Part shown: positions 12,727 to 25,727 of the stretch, piece after piece
Layout of the letters: each line of letters begins with the position of its first letter
Numbering within the stretch: position 1 is the first letter of the stretch
From: Octopus bimaculoides
Lineage: Eukaryota
Direction: 5' to 3'
Length of the DNA stretch: 62,572 bases
Assembly (NCBI RefSeq): GCF_001194135.2
Contig: NC_068986.1
Span: 6,668,781 to 6,731,352 of the forward strand
Position numbers and translations under genes: made by a program
The notes under the pieces: model-generated
Told to the model about the DNA's origin: nothing
The model's database searches: none
Seen by the model: the letters and a program-made list of their open reading frames with translations, nothing else

Positions 12727-13219
12727 ATCATGCTCATACACATACTCACACATATACAAACACAAACACACATTCATAAGCATAGAAATACACATTTTCA
12801 GATGATACTTCTGAAAATAAAGTTGTTTAATATAAATGGTCACTGTTTCAGTTTCTTTTTAAAAAGCCTTTAATCCAAGTAAGAGAAATCTCTTTCAGAA
12901 ACAAAGACAGAATATAAGGAATTTTTTTTATTGGTGAACATTATAGGCAGAGTGAGACTAGGTTGATTTGAATTTCAACTGTAGGTCATTTTGTTTCATT
13001 TATTCCACCAATACCTTCAGGAATGTCTCCATATTTTTTCATTCTTTTTAAAGATTATTAAAAAAATGAATACTTAGTTAAAGAAGGAAAAAAAAACTAA
13101 ATAGTTTACTACAGTTTGAAAAGTTTAATAATTCTGCTATGATTTAAATATAGAATGTGCAGGTACCGAGTATTATAAAGTCTCCACTGAGCTATTGTTA
13201 GATTTTAGCCCTTTGCTTA

Positions 13220-13572
13220 TCATCATCATTGTTTAACATCTACTGTCCATGCTGGCATGGATTGGATGGTTTGATAGGAGCTGGCTAGACAGGAGCCTGC
13301 ACCAGATTTCTGTGCCTTTTTAGGCATAGTTTTTGACATAAAATACACCATTTTGAGCATGGCCGTTGCCAGTACCGCCTGACTGGCCTTCGTGCGGGTG
13401 ACATGTAAAAGCACCCACTACACTCTGAGTGGTTGGCGTTAGGAAGGGCATCCAGCTGTAGAAACTCTGCCAAATCAGATTGGAGCCTGGTGTAGCCATC
13501 TGGTTTCACCAGTCCTCAGTCAAATCGTCCAACCCATGCTAGCATGGAAAGCGGACGTTAAACGATGATGAT
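13220..13572. mobile_element. Two head-to-head RTE 3'-end copies (older minus copy 13220-13330, young plus copy about 13360-13572)
   Basis: Same 3' module with GAT/CAT tails. Confidence 0.8.
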
Positions 13573-13969
13573 ACCCTTCCTAACATTGACAACCCAGCAG
13601 ATGCTTGTCCTAAACTTTCATGTTGCTTGTTTTCATACTTTTAGTTAGCTCTTGTTTCACATGTTCTGAGTAATATAATTTTTTTTCCTTTCATAGGTCC
13701 CAAGTTACTCTGATGGTTGAAAAAATTTAGAATGTGTTTTATATATGATGCCTGGACACCAGGGAAATATGTCTTGTGTATCATGTGTGATACACAGGAC
13801 AAGGAAAGGGGTTAAAGTTAAATGTGCTTGTGATTTTATTATAGCTAGTGCCTTCCCTTGCCTTGGACTGTCATCTGCTGATAAAGTTGCAAGAGTGCTG
13901 TTGTGATATAGTGTGTCTTAGGTATTTAAACCTGGTGGAGCTCATCTGTCTCCAAGTCTGAAAACAACT

Positions 13970-14420
13970 GATTTCCATCGTTTATATTCCATCATCTATT
14001 TTCTATCATGTCGTTTCTATTGTCTCTTTTCTATCATCTAATTTCCATCGTCTATTGTCTATCGCAGTTTTTCCAGTGTATTTTCCATCGTCTCTTCCCT
14101 ATCATCTGTTTTCTAACCTCTGTTTTCCATCGTTTATATTCCATCATCTATTTTCTATCGTCTATTATCTATCGTGCAGTTTCTAACATCTATATTCTAT
14201 CATGTAGTTTCTATCGTCTAGTTTGTATCGTGTGTTTTCTGTCAAGTTTCTATCATCATTTTTCTATTGATTGTTTTCTATCGACTATTTTATATCTTCT
14301 GTTTTCTATCGTCCATTTTCTATTGTGTAGTTTTTCGTCTATTGTATAGTTTCTATCGTCTGTTTCCTACCGACTGTTTTCTATACTCCGTTTTCTTCCA
14401 TTTGTTTTCTATCGTATATG
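13970..14420 (+). repeat. Degenerate pyrimidine-rich tandem repeat, unit about TTTTCTATCGTCT
   Basis: Dozens of diverged units plus a longer duplicate TTCCATCGTTTATATTCCATCATCTATTTT at about 13973 and 14125. Confidence 0.75.
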
Positions 14421-14559
14421 TTCTGTCGTCTGTTTTTCATGAAGCATGATGCAGTCTTCTGGTTTGCCAGCTCCTGTCAAATCCTCTAACCTATTCCAGC
14501 ACGAGAAAAGACAGTTAAATGACGATGATGATAAGGTGATATAAACCACAAACCCCTTC

Positions 14560-15482
14560 AGATAGATGGCCCTGCTTGATCTGTAGAAAAGGTGTAGGTA
14601 GAAACTCCATAAGATGTACCCAGTGTAAGCTATAGACACATAAGAGGTGCAGCAATATCAAAGGAAGGCTAACTGGGAAGAAGATAATTTTTGTATGTGG
14701 CAGATGCTCAGGAGCAATAAACACTGGAAATGTGCAGAGAACAACTTCTGCCACATTCCAAGGAGAAAAACTAGAAGTAGTTGATAGCTTCTGTTATCTA
14801 GGTGACCAAGTCAGTAGTGGGCTGAAAGTGTAGCTGCTAGAATAAGAATAGCCTGGGCAAAGTTCAGGGAGTTCTTACCTCTGCTGGTGACAAAGCTCCT
14901 CTCACTCAGAGTAAAAGGCAGACTGTATGACGCATGTGTACGAACAGCCATGCTACAGTGAAACATGGGCCGTGACTGTTGAGTACATGCCTAAGCTCGC
15001 AAGGAATGAAGCCAGTATGTTCTGATGGATGTGTAATGTCTGTGTATACACGACAGAGTGTAAGCGCCCTGAGAGAAAAGCATCAGATGTGGTGTGCAAA
15101 AGAGAAGGTTGCACTGGTGTGATCACATGTTGCGAATGAATGAGAATAGCTCTATGAAAATTTGCCACACCCTATCAGTTGAGGGAACCTGTGGAAGAGG
15201 TAGACCCAAGAAGACCTGGGATGAGGTGGTGAAGCATGACCTTCGAACATTAGGCCTCACCGAGGCAATGACTAGGGACCAAAACCTTTGGAAATATGCT
15301 GTGCGTGAGAAGACCTGGCAAGACAAGTGAGACCATAACCCGTGGTCTTTACCAGGGGTGTAGCCAGCCCACTTATGTGTACCTTTCCTTCTTTGGACAC
15401 AAAACCCTGCTTGCGAAGACCTGTTGAGGCAAGTGAAATTGAAATCGAAAATTGAACCAAATTCGTTAACTGGCACCCATGC
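14560..15482 (+). mobile_element. RTE LINE ORF2 C-terminal fragment plus 3' UTR, degenerate
   Basis: RRLHWCDHMLRMNENS...EGTCGRGRPKKTWDEVVKHDL; SFCYLGDQ; HKRCSNIKGRLT. Confidence 0.9.
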
Positions 15483-15489
15483 CAAAATG

Positions 15490-16080
15490 AACCTGCGACC
15501 ACTGTTCTTTTGTCCAAATGACACGTTCATGAGCAAAACGAAGATGGGCTCTTTGATTCTTCTTGGAGATCAGAGGTTTCTTTACCGGTGTCCAAGCAAG
15601 TAACCCAGAACTTTATAACATCTAAGAAACTGTTTAGCACAATACATTGACATCGGAAGTGAAGCTAAACTCGCAAGTTATCTCAGCAGCATTCTTAAAG
15701 CTATCCTTCAGTGACATTCTAACCATAATATGACCCTGCCTTGGTGAAGCTTTATGAGATATACCAGTTTTGGGTTTAGTATCTGTCGATCCTGGTGACT
15801 TAAAACGAGCTATAATCTGTTGCACAACGCTTCTAGACCTTCCTACAGTAGTTGCTATCACAGAATTTGACTTGCCCTTTTGGTGAAGGCACACAAACCT
15901 TTGTTTTTCATCACAGGACACCAGTCGTCTCTCACAAGCCGCCATGCTGATAGTTGAATGTTCCAATGATGTAAGATCATAAGAAGTAACTATTAGCCCA
16001 TTAACAGTCTTTTAAACAACAAATACCTCGGTCAGTAGTTCATTTTTTCTAAGTAACCCTTAACTTTTGGCTGCTGCAAT
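15490..16080 (-). mobile_element. Tc1-like transposase 5' fragment (HTH region)
   Basis: IATTVGRSRSVVQQIIARFK...RQGHIMVRMSLKDSFKNAAEI. Confidence 0.75.
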
Positions 16081-16871
16081 TTGGAAGATTGCTTGTTTAT
16101 CTCCTCATAACTTATGAAATATTTCTTCTATTCACTTGAAATTTTCACAAAAGATAGATATGAGATATATCTAAATATGTGTAAAATATCTAGCCTCAAT
16201 GTGTTGTTAATCTTCTATAATAACTATTTCAATACACTTTTTCTTACTGACCCTTATATCATGTGAAACAGGTACCAGATCTTCAGGGAATTTTACCAGT
16301 AATATCTAGGTAAAATTTATTTCACATTCACTTAATGCTGGCCCTTACAAATACTTTAAGAAGCCTTCGATTTTTATTTTTACTTTGTTTCCCATAAATG
16401 CATTATACATTGAAAATTACAAAAAAAAAAATTAATGTTTTTATTGTTAACTAATATGTCATTATAAAATATGAGTTTATGAAAGAAGTATTTCTCCTAC
16501 AAGAACTATCTGATGGCCAATGTTTCGAAGACATAATGAGATTATGTATCTTTTATTTGGAATATTAGCTGTAACATCTTTTGCATTTTCCCATTTTATG
16601 ATGGATTGGATGCAACTAACTGTTCGAATCTGATGAAGAATCATCAAATTGATGCAGTATTGCAGCATCAGATATGTACAGCCTATGTTGATCAATGTCT
16701 GACCCAAATTTCTCCTACAGGAGCTCTGATGCTTTAACTTACAAGGTTTTCTTATATACTTATCTTCTTTGTAGCTGTTGTTGCTGTGTTTCTGCCCCTG
16801 AGCTACATCAAAATAGTGTGTTTGATGCATAACAGCATCAAAATCACAATGATTCTGATCGTATATCAGAA

Positions 16872-17358
16872 TCATTGATGATGTTTCTCAGAGAGACTTG
16901 ACTGTCTTTCTTGGTGAGGTTTATTCTTATAATTTTCAGTTCTTTTTACATGCTTTTGCCCATGAGAAGACTTCTGATTAATGATTAATGGAGAACTGTC
17001 CCTTTCCCGATTGCAGTGTATCTTCTCGGCACCCATCTTAATGTTACGTTGATTATACCAAGTACCTTCCTGTTCACTTTCAGACTCAGAAGAAATATCT
17101 ACATCGGTGGTGTCTGACATAGAATTACTACCCTTACCACTGGAATACTTCCTTGATGGAGAATGCTGTCTTTCTTCCATTAACTTTGCCATTTTCTTGG
17201 AGCCATCCATTCTTTTATCGCTTTTCTCCTGATCTTTTCGACGCTTTTTTTTCTTTCTTTTATGCTTTGGCATTTCTCTACTGGATGAGCCTTCTGACTC
17301 AGACAAGTGATCTGCTTTCCTTTTCCGGTGACTGTTCTTCAAAGATGGTGATAGTAAC
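16872..17358 (-). CDS. SREK1IP1: SREK1IP1 last coding exon, K/R/S/E-rich low-complexity tail ending SSLSEKHHQ*
   Basis: ttctacacacag|G acceptor in phase 2 with the preceding donor; ORF 16872-17393; summed CDS of 807 nt is a multiple of 3. Confidence 0.8.
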
Positions 17359-17589
17359 CTGTGTGTAGAAGATAAAAGTACAGGTGTATTCATGTTCTAA
17401 AGAAGTGATAATGGTGTGATTGGTTTGCACCAACTTTCTGCTATCAACATTTTCATCTATCAAGCCTTCACCAATGAAAACAAATGATCTGTGTGAGTAG
17501 TCTAACAGGAACAATATTGGCTGTTAGACATTCATATGTCAAAGCTGATGGAAGAATCCGCTAATATATGTGTGTTATTTCTTTACTAC

Positions 17590-17810
17590 CCACAAGGGGC
17601 TATACTCAGAGGGGACAAACAAGGAAAGACAAACGGATTAAGTCGATTATACCGACCCCAGTGCGTAACTGGTACTTATTTAATCGACCCCGAAAGGATG
17701 AAAGGCAAAGTCGACCTCGGCGGAATTTGAACTCAGAACGTAGCGGCAGACGAAATACCGCTAAGCATTTCGCCCGGCGTGCTAACGTTTTTGCCAGCTC
17801 GCGACTAATA
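17590..17810 (-). mobile_element. tRNA-derived SINE, well-preserved copy
   Basis: Minus strand GAGCTGGC A-box-like and GAGTTCAAATTCC B-box-like; older copies at about 3040-3180, 4540-4660 and 6740-6950. Confidence 0.85.
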
Positions 17811-19121
17811 TATGTGTGTGTGTGTGTACACACACAAACATATATATATACAAATAATTAAAATCTAAAAAAATATAAATACCACTTGGCTGCAAAAAAC
17901 TCAGTTAAGATGATATTTCAAAATATTTCTTTGTGATTCAAACATTTGAAATAAAACATTATTTATGACAATTGAAATAATTTCTTCACTATATATGACA
18001 CCAAAGAATTAGAGGTAGAGAAAAATCAAACAACATTATTTCATGATAAATGGATGCACACACACACATCCTTAGACTATATAGACACAGGGATGATAAA
18101 TACAGAAATATACAATTAAATAAATGGATAGCTGAATGAATAAATTATATATGTTGAAAATAGATACTCAATTAAGATACCTAATTAAATAAATAAAAGT
18201 AGATTCTATTAAATTTGAATGACATAAATAAATGAAATCTATGAGCAATACATCTGCAGGCTTCTCCTCAGTAAATCACAGATTTCTCTGGCTAATATAT
18301 GAAAATTTATATCACAGACTACTCAGTATATAGATTTTTGCAGCCGAGTGGTATTTATATTTTTTTAGATTTTAATTATTTGTGGTAAAATAAGCATTTT
18401 CATGCCTATAAATTAATAAATAAAAATACAGTACAGTACTCCACTGTATATATTAAAAGAAAATACGTAGTGTACCATAGATGAGTAAACAAAGAATCGC
18501 ACATCCTGTATGGAAAACGAAACTTAGGAGGCGAGTGTGCGGTGTTGTTTTGCATTTATAATAAAATAAATATATACAAATTATAAAAATAATTTTAAAA
18601 AATATACTGTTTCTATTTCACAGATTTTCACCTATCACAGGAGAATTTGGAACATAATTCCCCCGTGATGGTCGAGGGATTATTGTATAATGATGATATA
18701 TGTTGAGCATGATCTAAATTGACAAAATTATATGATAACTGTGTTCAATCAGGGATAACATGGAATTAAATTTCCCAAACAAAACCATCATCACCGCAAC
18801 TTGGAAATTAAATGGGGGTGGGGGGGAGTAGTAACAATGGACTGAATGATGTTTCTAGTGAGATCCAAATATGGGAGACAGTCTTAAATAGGATGGTAAT
18901 AATATGGAAGTAGAGAGACTATCTCAGGTGAAATGATTACAATATGAGACCAGAGGCTGTTCCAGATGGAGTCATATTATAGAACCTAAAATTATTTGAA
19001 GCAAGATAGTAGTAATATGAGACCAGACCAAGCCAGATAGTAAACAACATAAAATTAAATGGTGATTCAAATGAGTTGTTATTTAAAGTTTAAAAAAAAA
19101 ATACAGTGCCATTTTAACTTA

Positions 19122-19538
<417 letters not shown>

Positions 19539-20624
19539 CTACCATTGGTTTCATGTTAGAGAAAGTAGGAAAAGTGTCAAGTGTCTTAATTTTTCAAGCT
19601 GATCACATGGAGAAAGATGTTTACCTCCATTTTGGAAAACGGTCTCCTATATAAATATACATATATATATGGGAGGAAGAGGTGTATTCCCATGTAGGGA
19701 AAAATATAGAATTTGTTTTAGAGTTTGAAAATGCACCTGAATTTGAAAAACATGTAAATTCCCCTCCTCAAATGCCCCTGCCCCTCTCATAATTTCTTGT
19801 CTTGTGAGTTACTTGGTTACCCTGCCAGTGCTTTTGATACATTAAAAAGCATCCAGTCCACACTGTAACATGGTTGGCATTTGGAAGGATTCCATCTGTA
19901 ACAATCATGCCAAAGCTAACCTCACTTGTACTAGTGCCACGGAAAAAGCATTGAGTCCACTCTGTGGAGTGGTTGGTGTTAGGAAGGGCATCCAGCCATA
20001 AAATCCCTACCAAAACAAACACAGTAGCCTAGGGTAGTTTTCCTACCTTGCTGGCTCCTATCAACCATCCTACCCATGTATGCATGAAAGATTGACGTTA
20101 AATAATGATGATGATGTAGTTTTTAAATAGATTTATTCACATACATACCAAACTAGTTTCAACAATTTTTTGTTTCTCAGTGGCACAAATATATATAAAA
20201 TAAGGGGATTTTAACAAAGTTTAAAATTACAAAACAGAAGTCAGATAAACATGTTTAAATGATCAAATCATTATCATCATCGTTTAATGTCCACTTTCCA
20301 TGCTGGCATGGTTGGACTGTTTGACTGAGGACTGGCAAGCCGGTAGGCTGCACCAGGCTCCAATCTGTTCTGGCATGCTTTCTACAGCTGGATGCCTTTC
20401 CTAACACCAACCACTCTGAGTATGTAGTGGGTGCTTTTTGTGTGCCAGCATCAACCATGCTCGAATGGTGCTTTTTACATGCCACCGGCACATAACGATC
20501 ACATAAAATTCAGTGAGTTTCACAAGGATAGATAATATCAAAGTAAATGTCCAGCAAAGATTATAACAAATGTACATTATTGAAAGTTCAATCATATTGA
20601 GTTTTTATAGAAGACTAGCAGTAT

Positions 20625-21017
20625 AACCTGACCTTGTTCGGGTGTGACTTATTATGCAATCTACGATAAGTCTTGCTAGCTGAAAATCAACTAAAAAAGA
20701 AAGCCTTACAACGAAAAAACCCTTATGATGTAAATATGTTCATAATTCAAAAGACGATGAAATTAATAGGGAAAGTCTGAAGGCTGTTTTGCGTAAAATT
20801 ATTAAGTGTACGTAAATTTCATCCGTGTAATTGGCTATAGAAATGCTTGTGCAAAACAACTTTTTGCGCTGCCCTGATTATACATAGCAGGGTAATCCCT
20901 TTTCACAGGAGCTAGGATGGCAATTTGTGATGAAGCAATTGCTGGCGATCTGTTGCTAAACAGTTTTGCCAGAATTCTATCAGATTGGGCAGAAGGTGTT
21001 GATGCACCATTTTGCAT
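20625..21017. mobile_element. Possible Helitron-type non-autonomous element
   Basis: ACTAGCAG...CC..GTTCGGG terminus, also seen inverted at about 23920-23950 (CCCGAGCAGCGCCGGG...CTAGT). Confidence 0.35.
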
Positions 21018-22632
21018 NNNNNNNNNNNNNNNNNNNNNNNNNNNNNNNNNNNNNNNNNNNNNNNNNNNNNNNNNNNNNNNNNNNNNNNNNNNNNNNNNNN
21101 NNNNNNNNNNNNNNNNNNNNNNNNNNNNNNNNNNNNNNNNNNNNNNNNNNNNNNNNNNNNNNNNNNNNNNNNNNNNNNNNNNNNNNNNNNNNNNNNNNNN
21201 NNNNNNNNNNNNNNNNNNNNNNNNNNNNNNNNNNNNNNNNNNNNNNNNNNNNNNNNNNNNNNNNNNNNNNNNNNNNNNNNNNNNNNNNNNNNNNNNNNNN
21301 NNNNNNNNNNNNNNNNNNNNNNNNNNNNNNNNNNNNNNNNGTGTACGCTTTTGAGAGAGCGAGAGAGGAAGAGGTAGAGAGGGGGAGAGAAAGGAATAGG
21401 GGTAGTTAAAAGTTTTCTTATGACTGCTTCTCTTCACTGCCTATTATTTCATTAGAAATCTAAGGATGCACATAAGCACATAATAGAGAAAAATGAAACA
21501 AATATGGACGACTTGCTCCGAAACACCACCAAGTGGGGAACACTTCTCAAAAATAACCTGCAGTTGTTTCCTTCAAAATTCCTACATGCTTGAAATGTAC
21601 ATACCTCAAGGTACATTTGTACAAAATTTCATGAAAAAATATTCATTTTCCTGGAATTTAAATGGAATTTCCGAATATTGTACCCCACCCCCTTCCAAAA
21701 CATTGGGTTTGTGCATAATTATTGCAGCTTTTTTCAACAAATTTTATTCATCAAAAACAATAACAATATTTAACAAAATCGTCTTTAAATGTATGTATGT
21801 ATATCTAAGCGTGTGTCTTTCTGTCTGTGTTTGTTCCACCACCACCACTTGATAACCGGTATTGGTGTGTTTGCATCCCCGTAACTTAGTGGTTTAGCAA
21901 AAGAGGCTGATAGAATAAGTTACCAGACTTAAAAAAGAAGTGCTAGGGTCAATTCATTTGACTAAAAATTCAAGGCAGTGCACCAGCATGAGTGCAGTCT
22001 AATGACTGAAACCAGTAAAAGATATGTCAAAACAAGTTACTCAATGCAAAATATGCTTTGCTGGCCACCATTATTATACTGAACAAAAGACTATAACAGA
22101 TGTGTTAAGTTCTTTTCCTCCTGTTTGTTCTGCGTAATTATATGGGTATTTTATATATATATATAAAAATCCTGTTCCGGGTTCAGTCCCACTGCGTGGC
22201 ACTTTGGGCAAGTGTCTTCTACTGTAGCCTCGGGCCGACCAAAGCCTTGTGAGTGGATTTGGTAGACGGAAACTGAAAGAAGACCGTCGTATATTGAATA
22301 GATTCCTGCACTCAAATAGAAGACTGAATATTTCCTCATATCACATTCCTTGCAATAACATTTTAATAGATATTATTGGCAAAGACAGACAGAATGAAAC
22401 TAAGGATCTATCAAAGGCAGAAATTCCTGGCACAGCACGGTGACATGCATCTCATTTGCAGCTACTTGAAGAATTCTTAGTAGAAATACATTTCTATCAT
22501 CACATTAATGCGTTTAGTCTCAAATATTTATAGAAATACATACTCAGTCAAAACTTTTCAAAATATGAAATCAAAAAATATGAATAAATATAAGAATGAG
22601 CTGAGAGTGTTATTTGAACTTTGATACATTAC

Positions 22633-22701
22633 CATAACCACATTTTTTACAAGCAGCACGATTGCCTTCATTAACCTGGTTTGTCAATTTGGAAATAAGA
22701 C
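22633..22701 (-). CDS. SREK1IP1: SREK1IP1 exon (LISKLTNQVNEGNRAACKKCGY), first half of the CCHC knuckle
   Basis: ttttgcag|GT...TATG|gtaatg; RAACKKCGY matches RAGCKKCGY of SREK1IP1/p18SRP. Confidence 0.9.
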
Positions 22702-24549
22702 CTGCAAAAAATGAAAGAGGTGCTATGGTAGTACAATGTGTAGTAAGAATAATTATTAGTAGTGTTGTTTGCTATTAAGACTGACTTTAAAAATTTTCTT
22801 GCATCACACTCTTTGTAATAATGTTTTAAATACTCTCCAGGTTTTCTTTTAACTGTAGATAATCCTGGTAGAACAAAATATATTTGTAGGGTTTACATCA
22901 AAATCTGGAAATGATATTGCAAATCCCTCTACAAATAAAATACTATTAGTGATTGCAAATACAACTATTAGTAATCGTAGTAATAATGATGATGGCGATT
23001 TCTCATGCAACACACACAACATTTTTTAGTAACCGTCTTGTATGTTGGTACGAGTTGGACAGTTTGACAAGATGTGATGTGTCAGAGGACTGCATTATAC
23101 TCCAATGTCTGTTTTGGCATAGTTTCTAGTCAGATGCTCTTCCTAATGCCAACCACCTTACAAATTTACTACGTATTTTTTTTCCTTTTCATTGTACCAG
23201 CACTAGTGAAGCTGCCATGTAGCTCGCAAGACTAAGATCCTCTTCAACTACATAGAAGTATAGTAGAGAGGGAGGCAGCTTTATGCTAGAAGGGATAGGG
23301 ACAGATTTCTTGGCTACCTTGCATTATATAAAAGTGGGTGGGAGGAAAAGGAACTGGAAGGAGAGACAAAGATGGGGACGACAAGGTATCAGTGTGTACC
23401 CACATGGACAAAAATATGAATAGAAAAGAGAGTAAGGACTGATGACTAGCAAGGAATAAAGGTTGCAAGAGTGTATAGAGTAAAAGAGATGGTTAGGGGT
23501 GGGTGTAATGATGAGTAAACGTTGTGAATAGTGGACAAGGATGGAAGGGTGGTTGATGATATGAGGTGGTATCAAAGAGTTCCCAGCACTAGTTATGTTT
23601 AAATAAAAAATAACTTATTTGTGTGTGTGTGTGTGTGTGTGTGCATATCTATAGATGCATTTATGCATCTATATCTATAATGGATACATATATCCAGTGT
23701 GTGGGTGCTTATGTATTTATATACATAGTACCTTTGACTACCGATGTTGCTGTGTTTACGTACCCATAACTTAGCCGTTTGAGAAACACACCGATAAAAT
23801 AAGTACTATGGTTACAAAGAATAAATCCTGTTGTCATTTTCTTCGACTAAAGGTGGTGCTCAGCATTGCTGAAGTCACATAATCGAAGCAAGTAAAACAA
23901 TAAACAACTATGCCATTTTAATCCCGAGCAGCGCCGGGTATCTCTGCTAGTGTGTGTGTGTGCACGTATATNNNNNNNNNNNNNNNNNNNNNNNNNNNNN
24001 NNNNNNNNNNNNNNNNNNNNNNNNNNNNNNNNNNNNNNNNNNNNNNNNNNNNNNNNNNNNNNNNNNNNNNNNNNNNNNNNNNNNNNNNNNNNNNNNNNNN
24101 NNNNNNNNNNNNNNNNNNNNNNNNNNNNNNNNNNNNNNNNNNNNNNNNNNNNNNNNNNNNNNNNNNNNNNNNNNNNNNNNNNNNNNNNNNNNNNNNNNNN
24201 NNNNNNNNNNNNNNNNNNNNNNNNNNNNNNNNNNNNNNNNNNNNNNNNNNNNNNNNNNNNNNNNNNNNNNNNNNNNNNNNNNNNNNNNNNNNNNNNNNNN
24301 NNNNNNNNNNNNNNNNNNNNNNNNNNNNNNNNNNNNNNNNNNNNNNNNNNNNNNNNNNNNNNNNNNNNNNNNNNNNNNNNNNNNNNNNNNNNNNNNNNNN
24401 NNNNNNNNNNNNNNNNNNNNNNNNNNNNNNNNNNNNNNNTATATATATATATATATACATAAGGGATAAAAATCCAAATTTACAGGTAAAAACTCAATGT
24501 GACTGGATTCTCATGGATGAGTTCATGAACATTGGTTCTTTCCTCTAAA

Positions 24550-24580
<31 letters not shown>

Positions 24581-24910
24581 AATTATTGGTAAAGGCCGGT
24601 TTATAGAGTTACCCTGGGTTTCTCGCCATAAATGATACCCAAGATAACCCTATAAATCGTCCTTTACCAGTAATATATATGTATAAAATAAACACCTTTA
24701 TACTTAGGCAGAACAAACAGGGGGAAAAGAACTTAATACATGCATATATACCCTGGGTATCCTTTATGGCGAGAAACCCAGGGTAACGCTATAAACCGGA
24801 CTTTACAATTAACTGCTTTACTTGTTAAAGTGTGCTTCTACTCCGAATTTGTTTATCTACAAAACGTATACGTGTGTGTTGGTGTTTCCTATCTCCGACA
24901 TCCGCTTTTT

Positions 24911-24944
<34 letters not shown>

Positions 24945-25229
24945 TGTTTGTACTACACACACGCCTTTGTGTCTTTCTATATGGATATACTGATACGTAT
25001 CCAACCTACCTTGAATATCAGACTGCATGTATGGAATGATAATATAAAATATTAAATAAAGAAGCGTAAACAAAACGCGCCAGTCTCTTATATCCGGAAA
25101 CGGTGTTCTGTATACTTAAGTCTCTATTGAAGTAATAGTCTACATTGCAACGTCGATTAACGTAGTTTGACGGAGTCCACAAATGTTTTCGGGGTTTCTT
25201 GGCTATTTCATCTCATCTTCTTCGCTCAC

Positions 25230-25248
25230 TTATTCCTGGAAGATTCAT
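25230..25248 (-). CDS. SREK1IP1: SREK1IP1 putative first coding exon (MNLPGI + phase-1 base)
   Basis: Minus strand ATG AAT CTT CCA GGA ATA A|gtgagc; phase 1 matches the next exon; CpG-containing region with CCAAT and CRE-like sites upstream. Confidence 0.6.
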
Positions 25249-25540
25249 GGGAGCAGAGTCTTCAAATATGCCTTCCAGCGAGTCCAACCAGAAGTAAACG
25301 TCTCTAATTGATCTGACTGGATACCCAAGCGAGATCAATCAAACTCGTGGATGTTATCCAACCATCTATCTTGGATCCTTCTGATTTGATGGGCACCACT
25401 TGTTTTCTTAACGAAACACTTTCAAACTTGGGATACTGGTAGAATGTATCATATAAAACAACTTTTTCTCTTATTCTTCTTAACAAAAAATTGTACATCG
25501 CAAGTTATTTCATGTTAAAGTTGTCGTATTTCTGTAATTT

Positions 25541-25558
25541 CAACCAATCACTGACGTC
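25541..25558. promoter_or_regulatory. CCAAT box (AACCAATCA) next to a TGACGT CRE/ATF-like site, about 300 bp upstream of the putative SREK1IP1 ATG
   Basis: caaccaatcactgacgtc seen directly; function inferred from position. Confidence 0.45.
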
Positions 25559-25635
25559 TATTCAGCTGAATACAGTTACTGCTGTTTTTGTAAACAATAA
25601 TTTTTGCCGGTGTCAAGATCGTTATTCCCTAGTAA

Positions 25636-25727
25636 GGGGTTAGGGTTGGGTTATGAGTTATAGGGTTTTAGAACCCTAACACTAACCCTAACTCTAAAAC
25701 ACGAACCCTAACCCTAAAGCTAAAACC
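25636..25727. repeat. Degenerate telomere-like repeats, TTAGGG-type then CCCTAA-type
   Basis: ggggttagggttggg...tagggtttta gaaccctaacactaaccctaa...aaccctaaccctaa. Confidence 0.75.

Noticed and set aside
14008-14349. 113-aa hydrophobic ORF resembling a membrane protein
   Set aside because: Translation of the degenerate CTATCGT tandem repeat
16268-16302. RYQIFREFYQ* as a possible SGF29 last exon
   Set aside because: Weak acceptor, only RY matches, and it sits next to transposon-end sequence
23760-23768. Alternative SREK1IP1 start ATGG|gtacgt on the minus strand
   Set aside because: Lies inside a SINE copy; the 25248 exon has better context, though this one is not excluded
25090-25500. Initially read as a degenerate transposon ORF (DVYFWLDSLEGIF...)
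   Set aside because: Better explained as the SREK1IP1 first exon, its 5' region and the intron start; no recognisable TE motif
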